The notes under the pieces were generated by a model, which saw nothing but the letters and a program-made list of their open reading frames with translations, did not search any database and was not told where the DNA came from. Below, piece by piece: positions 31,278-40,580 of a stretch of 64,000 nt of DNA. Position 1 is the stretch's first letter. The number at the start of each line of letters is the position of its first letter. Both the position numbers and the translations under genes were made by a program. Source of the DNA: a virus; IMG/VR virus record IMGVR_UViG_3300027833_000013, positions 105,460-169,459 of that record; one strand, 5' to 3'.

Positions 31278-31951
31278 TGCAGTACGGAACTTATAGCCAT
31301 GAGTTAAATGTTGACCAATATAATACTAACGCTCAAGCATTATTTAAAAGCAACAATATAAAATATACTGGTGCAAAAAACTTTAACTATTTTATTGATG
31401 TCCCTAATGATGTAAATAAAACTTTGTCTAATTATTTTTCAGATAAGTTAGGACACTTTGATTGGGCGTTTCAGTACTTTCATAGCGGAGAACCTGCAGG
31501 TTTACATACAGATTATACAGTAGTACCTTGGGACGATAAAGTAGAATGTCGTGTTGATGTTGGTGTAATAGTTCCTTTAGAATGGAATTGTAAACAACCG
31601 TATACTATAAATTATAATAGAGTTGAAGAACAGCCTCGCAAAGTAGTATATCGTAAAGGAGAAATGCGATACACTGACAACGACGAAATAGTAGAATATA
31701 GAACAGACAGTATATTAGATGACGAAGTACTAAAATACAATCCAAAAGGTACAGAATATTATAAGCTATATCAAGACTTAAAAGTGCATAGTGTTTATGA
31801 ATGGAAGCTAGGTACAGCAATGGTATTTGATACTAGCAGGTGGCATAGTAGTAGTTGGTTTCTAACAGATAACAAATTGCCTGATGTTTCAACAGAATAC
31901 AAACGAGCTATCATTGGATTTGGATCAACCGATGTACAAAAAGGAAAATAA
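31277..31951 (+). CDS. 2OG-Fe(II) oxygenase-like (DSBH) protein
   Basis: GLHTD...FDTSRWH...KR facial-triad pattern. Confidence 0.55.
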   Translation: MQYGTYSHELNVDQYNTNAQALFKSNNIKYTGAKNFNYFIDVPNDVNKTLSNYFSDKLGHFDWAFQYFHSGEPAGLHTDYTVVPWDDKVECRVDVGVIVPLEWNCKQPYTINYNRVEEQPRKVVYRKGEMRYTDNDEIVEYRTDSILDDEVLKYNPKGTEYYKLYQDLKVHSVYEWKLGTAMVFDTSRWHSSSWFLTDNKLPDVSTEYKRAIIGFGSTDVQKGK

Positions 31952-33138
31952 TGTTTACAGCAATTAACCACAGTCGTAAAGAAGAATTTAGCGTGGTGTG
32001 GGACCTTGGCCGCAGATGCACTTATGCATGTAGTTATTGCGGCCCACACCACAGTAACAAAACCAGCCCATTAGCTGATATAGACAAACTTAAACATACA
32101 CTAGACGGAGTTGTTGAATATGCACAGCTAATGGACTTGTATAGAAAAGAACCACTTACTCTAGATATAGCTTATACAGGCGGCGAACCAACAATACATC
32201 CTGCATTTTTTGAATTTGTAAGATATGCAAAAAATACATATCCGTTTGTAAGATCTAATATCACAACAAACGGATGCTATACAGAGAAAAAATGTAGAGA
32301 AATAATGGATTGTGTAAACAGTACTACAGTAAGTTACCATGCAGAAGGAACTCCAGAACAAAAAAAATTAGTAATAGCAAACATAAAGTTAATGCACGAA
32401 AGTGATTATAATTTTAGAATTAATCATATGTTCCACAAAGATTACTTTGACGAATGTATTGAATTAGCAGAATGGTTTGACGAACTAGGTATAAAATACA
32501 CTAGTAGGCCTATAGGTGATAGTAACAAAAAAGAAGATATAGCCACCGGCCAAGCACACGAGTATACTCCTAAACAATTAGAATATTTTAAGAATCAATG
32601 GACACAGAAACCAAAGCCAAAGACAAATTTAATACCTACAACGACTGTAATACAAATGGCAGAAAAGAAAACATCGCTTGAAACTATTGGTAGACCTTGT
32701 TGTAATGGTAAATGTTTAAGCATTAAAGTTGATGATAAATGGACTAAAGATTTTAGAGTACCAACAACTAATTTTAAAGGCTGGAACTGTATGGTTAACT
32801 GGGACTTCCTTTTTATCAATAGTGAACTAGACGGGGTTTGGCATCATCAAACTTGTCAAGTTAACATGGATGGTCAAATTGGGCCAATTGGAAAAGCAAG
32901 CGAGTTTGGCCCAATAATTGATAAGTTACGTACAACACTACGTAGCGGCAAAATGCCTGTTATTAGATGTCCCAAGATGCATTGTGGTTGCGGCCTTTGT
33001 AGTCCTAAAGCATTAAATGATGAAGATGCTAAAGAAATTTTTGATAGTCGTACTAAGCATTTAGAGCCAGTATTCCAAGATGGCATAAAAGATATTAGCA
33101 ATGATAAAACTGTATATAGAATGTTTAAGGAAATTTAA
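31951..33138 (+). CDS. Radical SAM protein (subfamily D) with Cys-rich C-terminus
   Basis: WDLGRRCTYACSYC, TGGEPT, SYHAE, FKGWNC, CPKMHCGCGLC. Confidence 0.9.
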   Translation: MFTAINHSRKEEFSVVWDLGRRCTYACSYCGPHHSNKTSPLADIDKLKHTLDGVVEYAQLMDLYRKEPLTLDIAYTGGEPTIHPAFFEFVRYAKNTYPFVRSNITTNGCYTEKKCREIMDCVNSTTVSYHAEGTPEQKKLVIANIKLMHESDYNFRINHMFHKDYFDECIELAEWFDELGIKYTSRPIGDSNKKEDIATGQAHEYTPKQLEYFKNQWTQKPKPKTNLIPTTTVIQMAEKKTSLETIGRPCCNGKCLSIKVDDKWTKDFRVPTTNFKGWNCMVNWDFLFINSELDGVWHHQTCQVNMDGQIGPIGKASEFGPIIDKLRTTLRSGKMPVIRCPKMHCGCGLCSPKALNDEDAKEIFDSRTKHLEPVFQDGIKDISNDKTVYRMFKEI

Positions 33139-33801
33139 ATGAAATTGCTGCCTCTAGAAAAACAAATACGAAGTAGAAAAACATATTATAGTTTTTTAGA
33201 TAAACCTGTGTCACAGGATAAGATAGATATATTACTTAGAAATGCAGACGGAGCTACTCCTGCATTGTGCGATCAGTATGACTATAGAGTAGATATATGG
33301 CCTGATCACCTTAAACAGATTTTATTCAAAACATCTATATTAGATATAACACAGGAAGAAAGTGCTGTACATAAAAAGGCAATAAAGCTCTTTGAACAAA
33401 CTGGATCTTGGAAAAGCCTTAAACAGAAATATGGTGATAGGATATGTGTAAATCCTCAAGTGTTTGCCCCAGTAGTTCTTGCGTTTTCTCAACCACACGA
33501 CCCCAAACATGATTTCATGCACGAGGCAACTACTAATGCAATGGCATTTCAAATGTGGCATTTAGTCCAATTAAGCCAAGATTTAGGTTTAGATCATGCA
33601 TTTTGTAGAGGATTCGATACCCGTGCTTTAAAAGAACAAATACAAGTAAGTAGGTATAAAGGTCCTAACGTAGGTTACTACTTTCCGCATGTGTTCTTAT
33701 GTATAGGTTACGGTGATCTTGCTAAACACAATGTCCCACGCCCTAAGCCCGGCAAAGGTATATTAAACACCCTAAGGTTTAAAGCAAATGAAAATAGATA
33801 A
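33139..33801 (+). CDS. Nitroreductase-family flavoprotein
   Basis: IRSRKTYYSFLDKPVSQDKI...ATP, LGLDHAFC, LCIGY. Confidence 0.65.
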   Translation: MKLLPLEKQIRSRKTYYSFLDKPVSQDKIDILLRNADGATPALCDQYDYRVDIWPDHLKQILFKTSILDITQEESAVHKKAIKLFEQTGSWKSLKQKYGDRICVNPQVFAPVVLAFSQPHDPKHDFMHEATTNAMAFQMWHLVQLSQDLGLDHAFCRGFDTRALKEQIQVSRYKGPNVGYYFPHVFLCIGYGDLAKHNVPRPKPGKGILNTLRFKANENR

Positions 33802-34411
33802 TGTAACAGCAAGTTCTATAGCAGAGCAATGTCAGCGTAACTGGAATCAAAACAAAAAAGTTAGTGATGAACACATTAACGAAATTATTCAAGTTGCAAC
33901 TAATATGCCAACCAAGCAAAATAGAGAATATTATCAATTAGTAGTAAGTACTGATCTAGAGTTAAATAGACAACTATACTCTGTTGCTATAGACGATAGC
34001 AACCTAGGATTTAAAAAACAATTTCACAGGAATGGACAAGTTCTTGCACCATTATTATTACTATGGTTTTCTACAAAACCTATTGAGGATAAATTTAATG
34101 ATGACTTTACAGAACAATTTCAAATCTCAATAGGTATTTCATCAGGTGCGGCAGCATTACATGCAACAAGTTTAGGATATAAAACTGGGTTCTGTTGTTG
34201 TATGAAATGGAAAACTGCCCGTCAGTTATTGAAAGCAAAAGGAGTATACCTTTCAAGTCAATTAGTTGGTCATGGATTGGCGCTAGGTATTGGTTTCCCT
34301 AGTACTGATCATAGAGGAGATGTTGTAGTTGATAAAAAGATTAGATTAACATTAGAAAATGACGGCATTGAATGTGGCATTGAAAAAGATATTATGGTAC
34401 ATAAGGTATGA
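33788..34411 (+). CDS. Nitroreductase-family flavoprotein
   Basis: QRNW..KVSDEHI...PTKQN, IGISSG, ATSLGYKTGF, LGIGFP. Confidence 0.7.
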   Translation: MKIDNVTASSIAEQCQRNWNQNKKVSDEHINEIIQVATNMPTKQNREYYQLVVSTDLELNRQLYSVAIDDSNLGFKKQFHRNGQVLAPLLLLWFSTKPIEDKFNDDFTEQFQISIGISSGAAALHATSLGYKTGFCCCMKWKTARQLLKAKGVYLSSQLVGHGLALGIGFPSTDHRGDVVVDKKIRLTLENDGIECGIEKDIMVHKV

Positions 34412-35463
34412 GTTGGTTTGATACTACACAAATTGGAAGAATACAATTAGAACTTACTAATTATTGTAATGCGTTCTGTCCTCAGTGTGATAGGGCAGAA
34501 TTAATTTCTCAATATGATAAATGGACTAAACGTGCAACTAATAACCTTAATAATAATCATATTACTTTACAAAATGTAAAAGACTGGTTTGGACGTTATA
34601 AATGGGATAATTTACAGTTTATAAACTACTGCGGTAATGTTGACGAGCCTACAATTAATCCTGAGATAATCGAAATAACAAAATGGTTTAATAATATTTT
34701 AGGAGACCGAAATATTGCTATTAATATAGCATCTAATGGCGGAACTAGGAACGAAGCATTTTGGCAGGAACTAGGAGAACTAAGTGCTGCCAATCCTAGA
34801 ATTCGTGTAACATTTGGGATTGATGGATTAGAAGATACAAATCATATATATAGAAAAAATGTTAACTGGGATATACTACAAAAAAACTTTAGAGCGTATA
34901 TTGGCGCAGGCGGAAATGCAAGTTGGCAGTTTATTGTATTTGATCATAACAAGCATCAATTAGAAGAAATAAAACAACGATTAGATAGTGAAGGTTTTAA
35001 AGGATTAAAGTTATTACAATCTAATAGGTTAGATATACCAGGACAAAAAGAAGTAAACATTGTTAAAAAAGTTAAAGTTCCTAAGTGGTACGATACAACT
35101 AATGGTGATAACATGGCTGGCAAGTCTGTTAAAAATCTTAGAGATAAGGGAGAAACATTATCTTGTGTTAAGTGTCCTGCTAAACTTAAATCAAAAAATA
35201 CAGCATTCCATGAAGAACACGGTAACATATATGTTAGTGCATTGGGATACGTAACCCCTTGCTGTTGGATGGGGAACCCAACAGAATTAATTAAACTATG
35301 GGATAGTAATCCTAACACAGATCCTAAGTTACATAATTTATATAATACTAATTTAGATAATATTATAAATGGTAACTGGTGGACACATATTGATAGTCAA
35401 ATGCAGGACTATAAATTATGTGTAATGAAATGTAAAGATCTACAAGGAGATACGCACATATGA
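34408..35463 (+). CDS. Radical SAM protein (subfamily C, paralogue of 23056)
   Basis: QLELTNYCNAFCPQC, YCGNVDEP, SNGG, FGIDG, WQFIVF, PCCW...CVMKC. Confidence 0.9.
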   Translation: MSWFDTTQIGRIQLELTNYCNAFCPQCDRAELISQYDKWTKRATNNLNNNHITLQNVKDWFGRYKWDNLQFINYCGNVDEPTINPEIIEITKWFNNILGDRNIAINIASNGGTRNEAFWQELGELSAANPRIRVTFGIDGLEDTNHIYRKNVNWDILQKNFRAYIGAGGNASWQFIVFDHNKHQLEEIKQRLDSEGFKGLKLLQSNRLDIPGQKEVNIVKKVKVPKWYDTTNGDNMAGKSVKNLRDKGETLSCVKCPAKLKSKNTAFHEEHGNIYVSALGYVTPCCWMGNPTELIKLWDSNPNTDPKLHNLYNTNLDNIINGNWWTHIDSQMQDYKLCVMKCKDLQGDTHI

Positions 35464-36212
35464 AATATCCGACGTATTATTTTAACAAAAATTTTAAAAA
35501 TGTTGCAGTTAAGTTATCAGGAGGAACCGATAGTAGTTTACTTTATTATAAAATATGTAAATTTTACAAAGGCACAAATACCAACATATTTCCAATTACA
35601 TTAGTATCTGATAAAAAGCCATTTTATAGAGATAGCACAACTCGTATTACATTAATAGTAAAGGGGTTAACAGGAGTATCTCCTACACAACATATCTTTG
35701 TTGAAGGGCCACATTCAGAATACGAACAACTATTAAATAATGCTGTTTTAAATTTTCATAAACAAAATAGATTAGATATAGTATACACTGGAATAACAAT
35801 TAATCCACCATTAGAAAAACTTTCTAAAAGTTTAATGCGATGGAATTATGAAAAATACGACAGTATGGAATATAATTATCCTTCAGTTAATCATTACAAA
35901 GATATAACAAAAGGATTTAATCATATAGAAAAAAGAGATAGCAAAAGAGATATAGAGTTAAATACAGAATCTGTTAGTATAGTTAATGGCACTACAGATT
36001 TATTATGTAATAATCCCTTTAGTGAGTGTAACAAAAAAGCTGTAGCTAACGAATATGCAAAACTAGATCTAATGGAAAGTTTATTTCCATTTACAATTTC
36101 TTGTGCAGATTATACAGACGAAACATATACAACTTTAGACGAACATCAACACTGTGAAAACAACTGTTTTCCTTGTATGGAACGTTATTGGGCATTTAGG
36201 AGATTTGTATAG
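35460..36212 (+). CDS. QueC-like PP-loop ATPase (paralogue of 22413)
   Basis: KLSGGTDS, GITINP, TISC...HCENNCFPCMER. Confidence 0.7.
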   Translation: MKYPTYYFNKNFKNVAVKLSGGTDSSLLYYKICKFYKGTNTNIFPITLVSDKKPFYRDSTTRITLIVKGLTGVSPTQHIFVEGPHSEYEQLLNNAVLNFHKQNRLDIVYTGITINPPLEKLSKSLMRWNYEKYDSMEYNYPSVNHYKDITKGFNHIEKRDSKRDIELNTESVSIVNGTTDLLCNNPFSECNKKAVANEYAKLDLMESLFPFTISCADYTDETYTTLDEHQHCENNCFPCMERYWAFRRFV

Positions 36213-36739
36213 TGCATGATATAGCCGATATTAAAAAATCTTTCCAGCAAGGAAATGCAGATCTTTCGTTTGAAATAGATGGGTTGCCCATTGCACTGGA
36301 AGAATGGTTTACTAGAATTTCTATTGATTTATCCGGCAGTGCCAATACTGCATTGTTAACGTACTTGCTAATGACAGAACTAACAAATCGAAAGCAAAAT
36401 TGTGAAATACATCTACTTAACCATCGCAGATCAAATAGCAGTATGATAAAATGGCTAACAAATTATTATATTAACAATAAATTCCACTCAGTAGTAGTAC
36501 ACCAAGTTGTAAATGACAACGAGTATTGGCAGTATGCAAAAGAGAATTTTTTTATTAATATGCATTACAATGCATCTATAAGCGGTCGTAAAGAAGATTT
36601 AGATCGTTTTCGGTTTGTACACTATAAAAACCAAGAAGCAAGTCCGTTTTCTTATATAACCAAAGACTGGATAATTAAGCAATATATAGATCATGACATT
36701 ATGGATTTACTTAATCATACCACCTGGGCAAAGGAATAA
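36212..36739 (+). CDS. Degenerate QueC-like/PP-loop protein
   Basis: SIDLSGSANTALL (eroded SGGxDS) and PFSYITKDWIIKQY..MDLL..T resemble the paralogues; the Zn motif is lost. Confidence 0.45.
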   Translation: MHDIADIKKSFQQGNADLSFEIDGLPIALEEWFTRISIDLSGSANTALLTYLLMTELTNRKQNCEIHLLNHRRSNSSMIKWLTNYYINNKFHSVVVHQVVNDNEYWQYAKENFFINMHYNASISGRKEDLDRFRFVHYKNQEASPFSYITKDWIIKQYIDHDIMDLLNHTTWAKE

Positions 36740-36740
36740 A

Positions 36741-37784
36741 ATGGAATATAACGGAAATGAAGTTTTAAGAGTTACAAATCCACATATATGCATTTCGTGG
36801 TTAATGGGTAATTGGTGTAATTTTAAATGTGCATATTGTTTTGATCATGCTAATTTAGGAACGCACTATCCGCCTGTAGTAGATGATACACTTATAAAAA
36901 ATATTACTCATTTAGTAAAAGAAATACGTAAAGGCGATCCTGACAGACAAATACGATGGAACCTTACAGGAGGAGAGCCTACTGCACAAAAAGGTTTTGG
37001 AAAACTATTATCAGTTATGGCAGCCGCAGATGATAACAGTTATGTGAGTGTAGTTACAAACGGAACAAGACCTATTGCTTGGTGGGAAAAAAATATACAG
37101 TATGTGCATCGGCTTATTGTTTCAGTACATCCTGAATCTGATATTCAGCATACTATTAAATTACTAAAAGCAGTTAACGGAAAATGTCGCACTGTAACAT
37201 TTAGTGTAATGCTAGGATCTCAAAATTTTGATGATGCGATTGCAAAATATAAATCTTTAATGTTTACAACTGCACCAGAGTACGGTCTTTGTAATGTAGT
37301 AATTAATACACTTAGGCGCACATCAAGAAATGATGCATTTACTCCTTTAACACAGGAGCAACACGGCATAATAAAAAATTTAGTTGGAGAATATCTTGCT
37401 AAGAAAGATCGAAATACAACACCTCTAATAGAACAGCTACCAGAAGACCTTGTGCGTCGGACATTGATAACACCGCATACTATAGAAACTGAAGAAACCG
37501 GCGTTGAACGATTTTTTCCTGTGTCACAAAAAAATTCTTTAAAAGGAACATTTTCTGGCTATAAATGTTTAGCTCCGCAAGAATGGATTGAAATTGATGA
37601 GCGTGGAGAACTGGGCAGGTTATCGTGTAAGGCTCGTGTTGGTCCTAAGACTAATATTTTTGATCTAAATTTTGTTAAAGAATATAAAGCTCCAACACAT
37701 GAGATGACTTGTCGTACTTGGATGCCTGAGTGTAACTGTATTGGATTATTAGAAACTGGAAAATATTTACCATTGACTAACTAA
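36741..37784 (+). CDS. Radical SAM protein (subfamily D)
   Basis: SWLMGNWCNFKCAYC, TGGEPT, SVHPE, FSGYKC, CRTWMPECNC. ATG 36741 follows an AAGGA RBS. Confidence 0.9.
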   Translation: MEYNGNEVLRVTNPHICISWLMGNWCNFKCAYCFDHANLGTHYPPVVDDTLIKNITHLVKEIRKGDPDRQIRWNLTGGEPTAQKGFGKLLSVMAAADDNSYVSVVTNGTRPIAWWEKNIQYVHRLIVSVHPESDIQHTIKLLKAVNGKCRTVTFSVMLGSQNFDDAIAKYKSLMFTTAPEYGLCNVVINTLRRTSRNDAFTPLTQEQHGIIKNLVGEYLAKKDRNTTPLIEQLPEDLVRRTLITPHTIETEETGVERFFPVSQKNSLKGTFSGYKCLAPQEWIEIDERGELGRLSCKARVGPKTNIFDLNFVKEYKAPTHEMTCRTWMPECNCIGLLETGKYLPLTN

Positions 37785-37801
37785 ATAGAAGGTGCTATAA
37801 T
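37773..37801 (+). promoter_or_regulatory. Sigma70-type promoter (extended -10), probably leaderless
   Basis: TTGACT-17 nt-TATAAT with TG at -15/-14; ATG only 5 nt after the -10 box. Confidence 0.7.
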
Positions 37802-37806
37802 AAATT

Positions 37807-38922
37807 ATGAATGAAGATTTAAAATGGTCAAATTATGATTTTACTAAAATCCCTCTTAATGAGATTGTCTCTGTGGGGCAACGCACTCTGCTTTATCGCG
37901 ATCTATTTACTGTATCATGGCTCCTTGGAAGATTCTGTAACTACAAATGTTCCTACTGTTGGCCTTATGCAAGATCAGATCGTAAAGACCACAGACCTAC
38001 CGAGTTATGCTTGCGTACAGTGGATGAAATTAAACGTCAGGCCAGAGACAACGGCTTCAATTCTTTCCACTTCTCCTTGTCAGGAGGAGAGCCTACTTTC
38101 CATCCTGGATACTTGGATATATTAAAGCATCTTGCTGACGATGTTGATAACACTAATTATACTAGTGTGCATATGACAACAAACATGTCACGTAATATAA
38201 AGTGGCACGAGGAATATGTAGAAGCAGTTAAGCCGTTTCACCGTGCTAGTATAACTGCAAGTTTACACACAGAGCATGTAAACAGCATTGAGAAGATGCA
38301 AGACTTTGCAGATAAATTAATTTTCTGTCAAGAGCATGATGTACAGACTACTATTAATATGGTAATGGTACCAGACTGGTTTGAACGTGATTGGGAAAAT
38401 GCATTGTTCTTTCACGAGCAAGGCATAAACGTAACACTAAAGCCTCAAAGTGACCCTACAGCAAGCCGAGTAGTAGACGGGTATACAAAGGACAACTTAA
38501 AACGTTTGTACAACGGTATGCCGCAACGTGCGTATACAGAAACTATGCGTAAATGGGCAGGTCGTCCAAAGCCTACTTTTGAAATGCCTACAGATGTTGA
38601 AGGTAAAAACGATGCTAGTGTGCCTTGGCATATGCAAGTAGAGTTAAAAGATAAAGACGGTAAAAAGTACTACATGGACCAAGCAGAACGTTTTAATGCC
38701 TTTAATTTTAATAATTTCGAAGGATGGGCATGCAATGCCGGTTACAGCGGACTTATAATACGCGAGCCTGACGGTTCGGTAAAACGTAGTTATAGTTGCC
38801 ATGATGCGCCACTAGGCAACATCGAAACAGGGTTCGAACTGTTTAAGACACCTAAAACTTGTATCACTAAGAGTTGCGTAAGTTCGGCTGATTCAAAGAT
38901 ACCTAAACGTAAAATTTTGTAA
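37807..38922 (+). CDS. Radical SAM protein (subfamily D)
   Basis: SWLLGRFCNYKCSYC, SGGEPT, SLHTE, FEGWACNAG, CITKSC. Confidence 0.9.
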   Translation: MNEDLKWSNYDFTKIPLNEIVSVGQRTLLYRDLFTVSWLLGRFCNYKCSYCWPYARSDRKDHRPTELCLRTVDEIKRQARDNGFNSFHFSLSGGEPTFHPGYLDILKHLADDVDNTNYTSVHMTTNMSRNIKWHEEYVEAVKPFHRASITASLHTEHVNSIEKMQDFADKLIFCQEHDVQTTINMVMVPDWFERDWENALFFHEQGINVTLKPQSDPTASRVVDGYTKDNLKRLYNGMPQRAYTETMRKWAGRPKPTFEMPTDVEGKNDASVPWHMQVELKDKDGKKYYMDQAERFNAFNFNNFEGWACNAGYSGLIIREPDGSVKRSYSCHDAPLGNIETGFELFKTPKTCITKSCVSSADSKIPKRKIL

Positions 38923-39907
38923 TCATTATTTCTTCTGCTACGTGACATTGTTCTTGTAAGCAAGTTGTTGTAGTGTCCTTAAATAAAGGAATGTTGTCTA
39001 CAAAAATATTACCAATAGTTCCTTCATTACTGCATACACCGTGTTTCATCCTGCCGTCGGCTTCGATAAGTAATTTACGTTTTACAACCTCACACTGCCA
39101 TCCTTTAAACTTATTCATTCCGTTTGCAATAAACTGTGATATAGGCATCTTTTCAACACCGTGTTTAGTTTCTAGTAATACGTCAGGCAAATAATCTTGT
39201 GAATTATCTTCAAGTTGATTTAAATAAGAAAGTTCTTCTTTAGTAAAGTATCCATCATTGCCGATAGATTGCTTATACCCTTTTAAATACCTACTTGACT
39301 CATATGGTTGATTAAATGTTTTTGTTTCTTTATTGTATAAAGGAAATACCGGTAACTTTACAGTTGGGATATTGTGCTTTAATAACTCGTGTTCTAGTTG
39401 TTCTACTTTATGAAATAAGTTTTTTACAAGCATTGCTCTAATTTCAACATCGCCGCCTGCCGCTTTAATCATTACAGCAAGGTTTACAATAGTCTCTATA
39501 TCAGCAGACTCGGGATGAAAACTTATTTTCATTTCTAAATTTTTAAATGAGAATGTATCTCTACATTTTTCATACATCTTTATAGGCATGCTTCCGTTAG
39601 TAAACATCATAATATGAAAATTGTTATTAGACAGATATTTTAACCATTTATCAATATTAGGTATCAAGAATGGCTCACCTCCTGTAATAACAATCATTGT
39701 TTCTTTATCTAATGGAATTGCATTACGTAATTTTTTAGAAGCGTTAATTAATGCATCAATTGACGGAATTTTCTTCTTATTAATTGCTATATGATTGCTA
39801 GGACTACAATAGCTACAATCGTAATTACACATGTCAACAGGACGCCATTGTACCGTGTAATCAGTATTCCATTTTTCTAGATATAATTTAGAGAAGTTCA
39901 TACACAT
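38903..39907 (-). CDS. Radical SAM protein (subfamily D), inverted orientation
   Basis: WRPVDMCNYDCSYC, TGGEP, SFHPE, FKGWQC, CLQEQC. Confidence 0.9.
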   Translation of the reverse strand: MCMNFSKLYLEKWNTDYTVQWRPVDMCNYDCSYCSPSNHIAINKKKIPSIDALINASKKLRNAIPLDKETMIVITGGEPFLIPNIDKWLKYLSNNNFHIMMFTNGSMPIKMYEKCRDTFSFKNLEMKISFHPESADIETIVNLAVMIKAAGGDVEIRAMLVKNLFHKVEQLEHELLKHNIPTVKLPVFPLYNKETKTFNQPYESSRYLKGYKQSIGNDGYFTKEELSYLNQLEDNSQDYLPDVLLETKHGVEKMPISQFIANGMNKFKGWQCEVVKRKLLIEADGRMKHGVCSNEGTIGNIFVDNIPLFKDTTTTCLQEQCHVAEEIMITKFYV

Positions 39908-39956
39908 AGTTATCCACCTTTATTGTTACACTTTGCTATATGTGATAATTATTAGT

Positions 39957-40580
39957 ATGCATAACTTATATTCTTCACTTACACAGTACGGTACTCAGAT
40001 AGCTCTTAGATCTAAAGAACAATTCCCTTCGGTGCAATATGTCAAATGGACTGAAGAAAATTTTAAATACGTAAAATATAATCCAAGAAATAGTTTTAAT
40101 AGATGGGGACTTAGTCTTACTAGCTACGATGGCGGCTTGTCGGGTATTCCAGATCTTGACAGTTTACATCAGTATAACCTAGAAAATAACACAACTATCG
40201 AAGAATCAGAGTTTAATATTCCAACCCCTGCGTACTTAGATAACTATCACATACAAGAATTTTTAAAGCCTTATAGCAAGTATATGTACAGAACGCATAT
40301 ACTTAAACTAGATCCAGGTGGATTCTTTCCACAACATAGAGATTTTAGAGGTAGCAATTTTAATAGTGTACGGCTTATATCTCCGCTAAAGAACCACTGT
40401 ACGTTTATTATGGATAACAAAGTGCTTAACTGGGAAAAAGGATGGCTATATTTTCTAGACACTGCAAAAGTACATTCACTATTTAACACGCAAACAAAGC
40501 CAAGTTATTGGTTAGTAGCTAATATAGATTTAAATGAGGAATCGTTTAATATTATAACAGATAATTTTGATAGAAGATAA
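39957..40580 (+). CDS. Asp/Asn beta-hydroxylase-like 2OG-Fe(II) oxygenase
   Basis: LKLDPGGFFPQHRD...FLDTAKVHSLFN; ATG 39957 preferred. Confidence 0.7.
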   Translation: MHNLYSSLTQYGTQIALRSKEQFPSVQYVKWTEENFKYVKYNPRNSFNRWGLSLTSYDGGLSGIPDLDSLHQYNLENNTTIEESEFNIPTPAYLDNYHIQEFLKPYSKYMYRTHILKLDPGGFFPQHRDFRGSNFNSVRLISPLKNHCTFIMDNKVLNWEKGWLYFLDTAKVHSLFNTQTKPSYWLVANIDLNEESFNIITDNFDRR

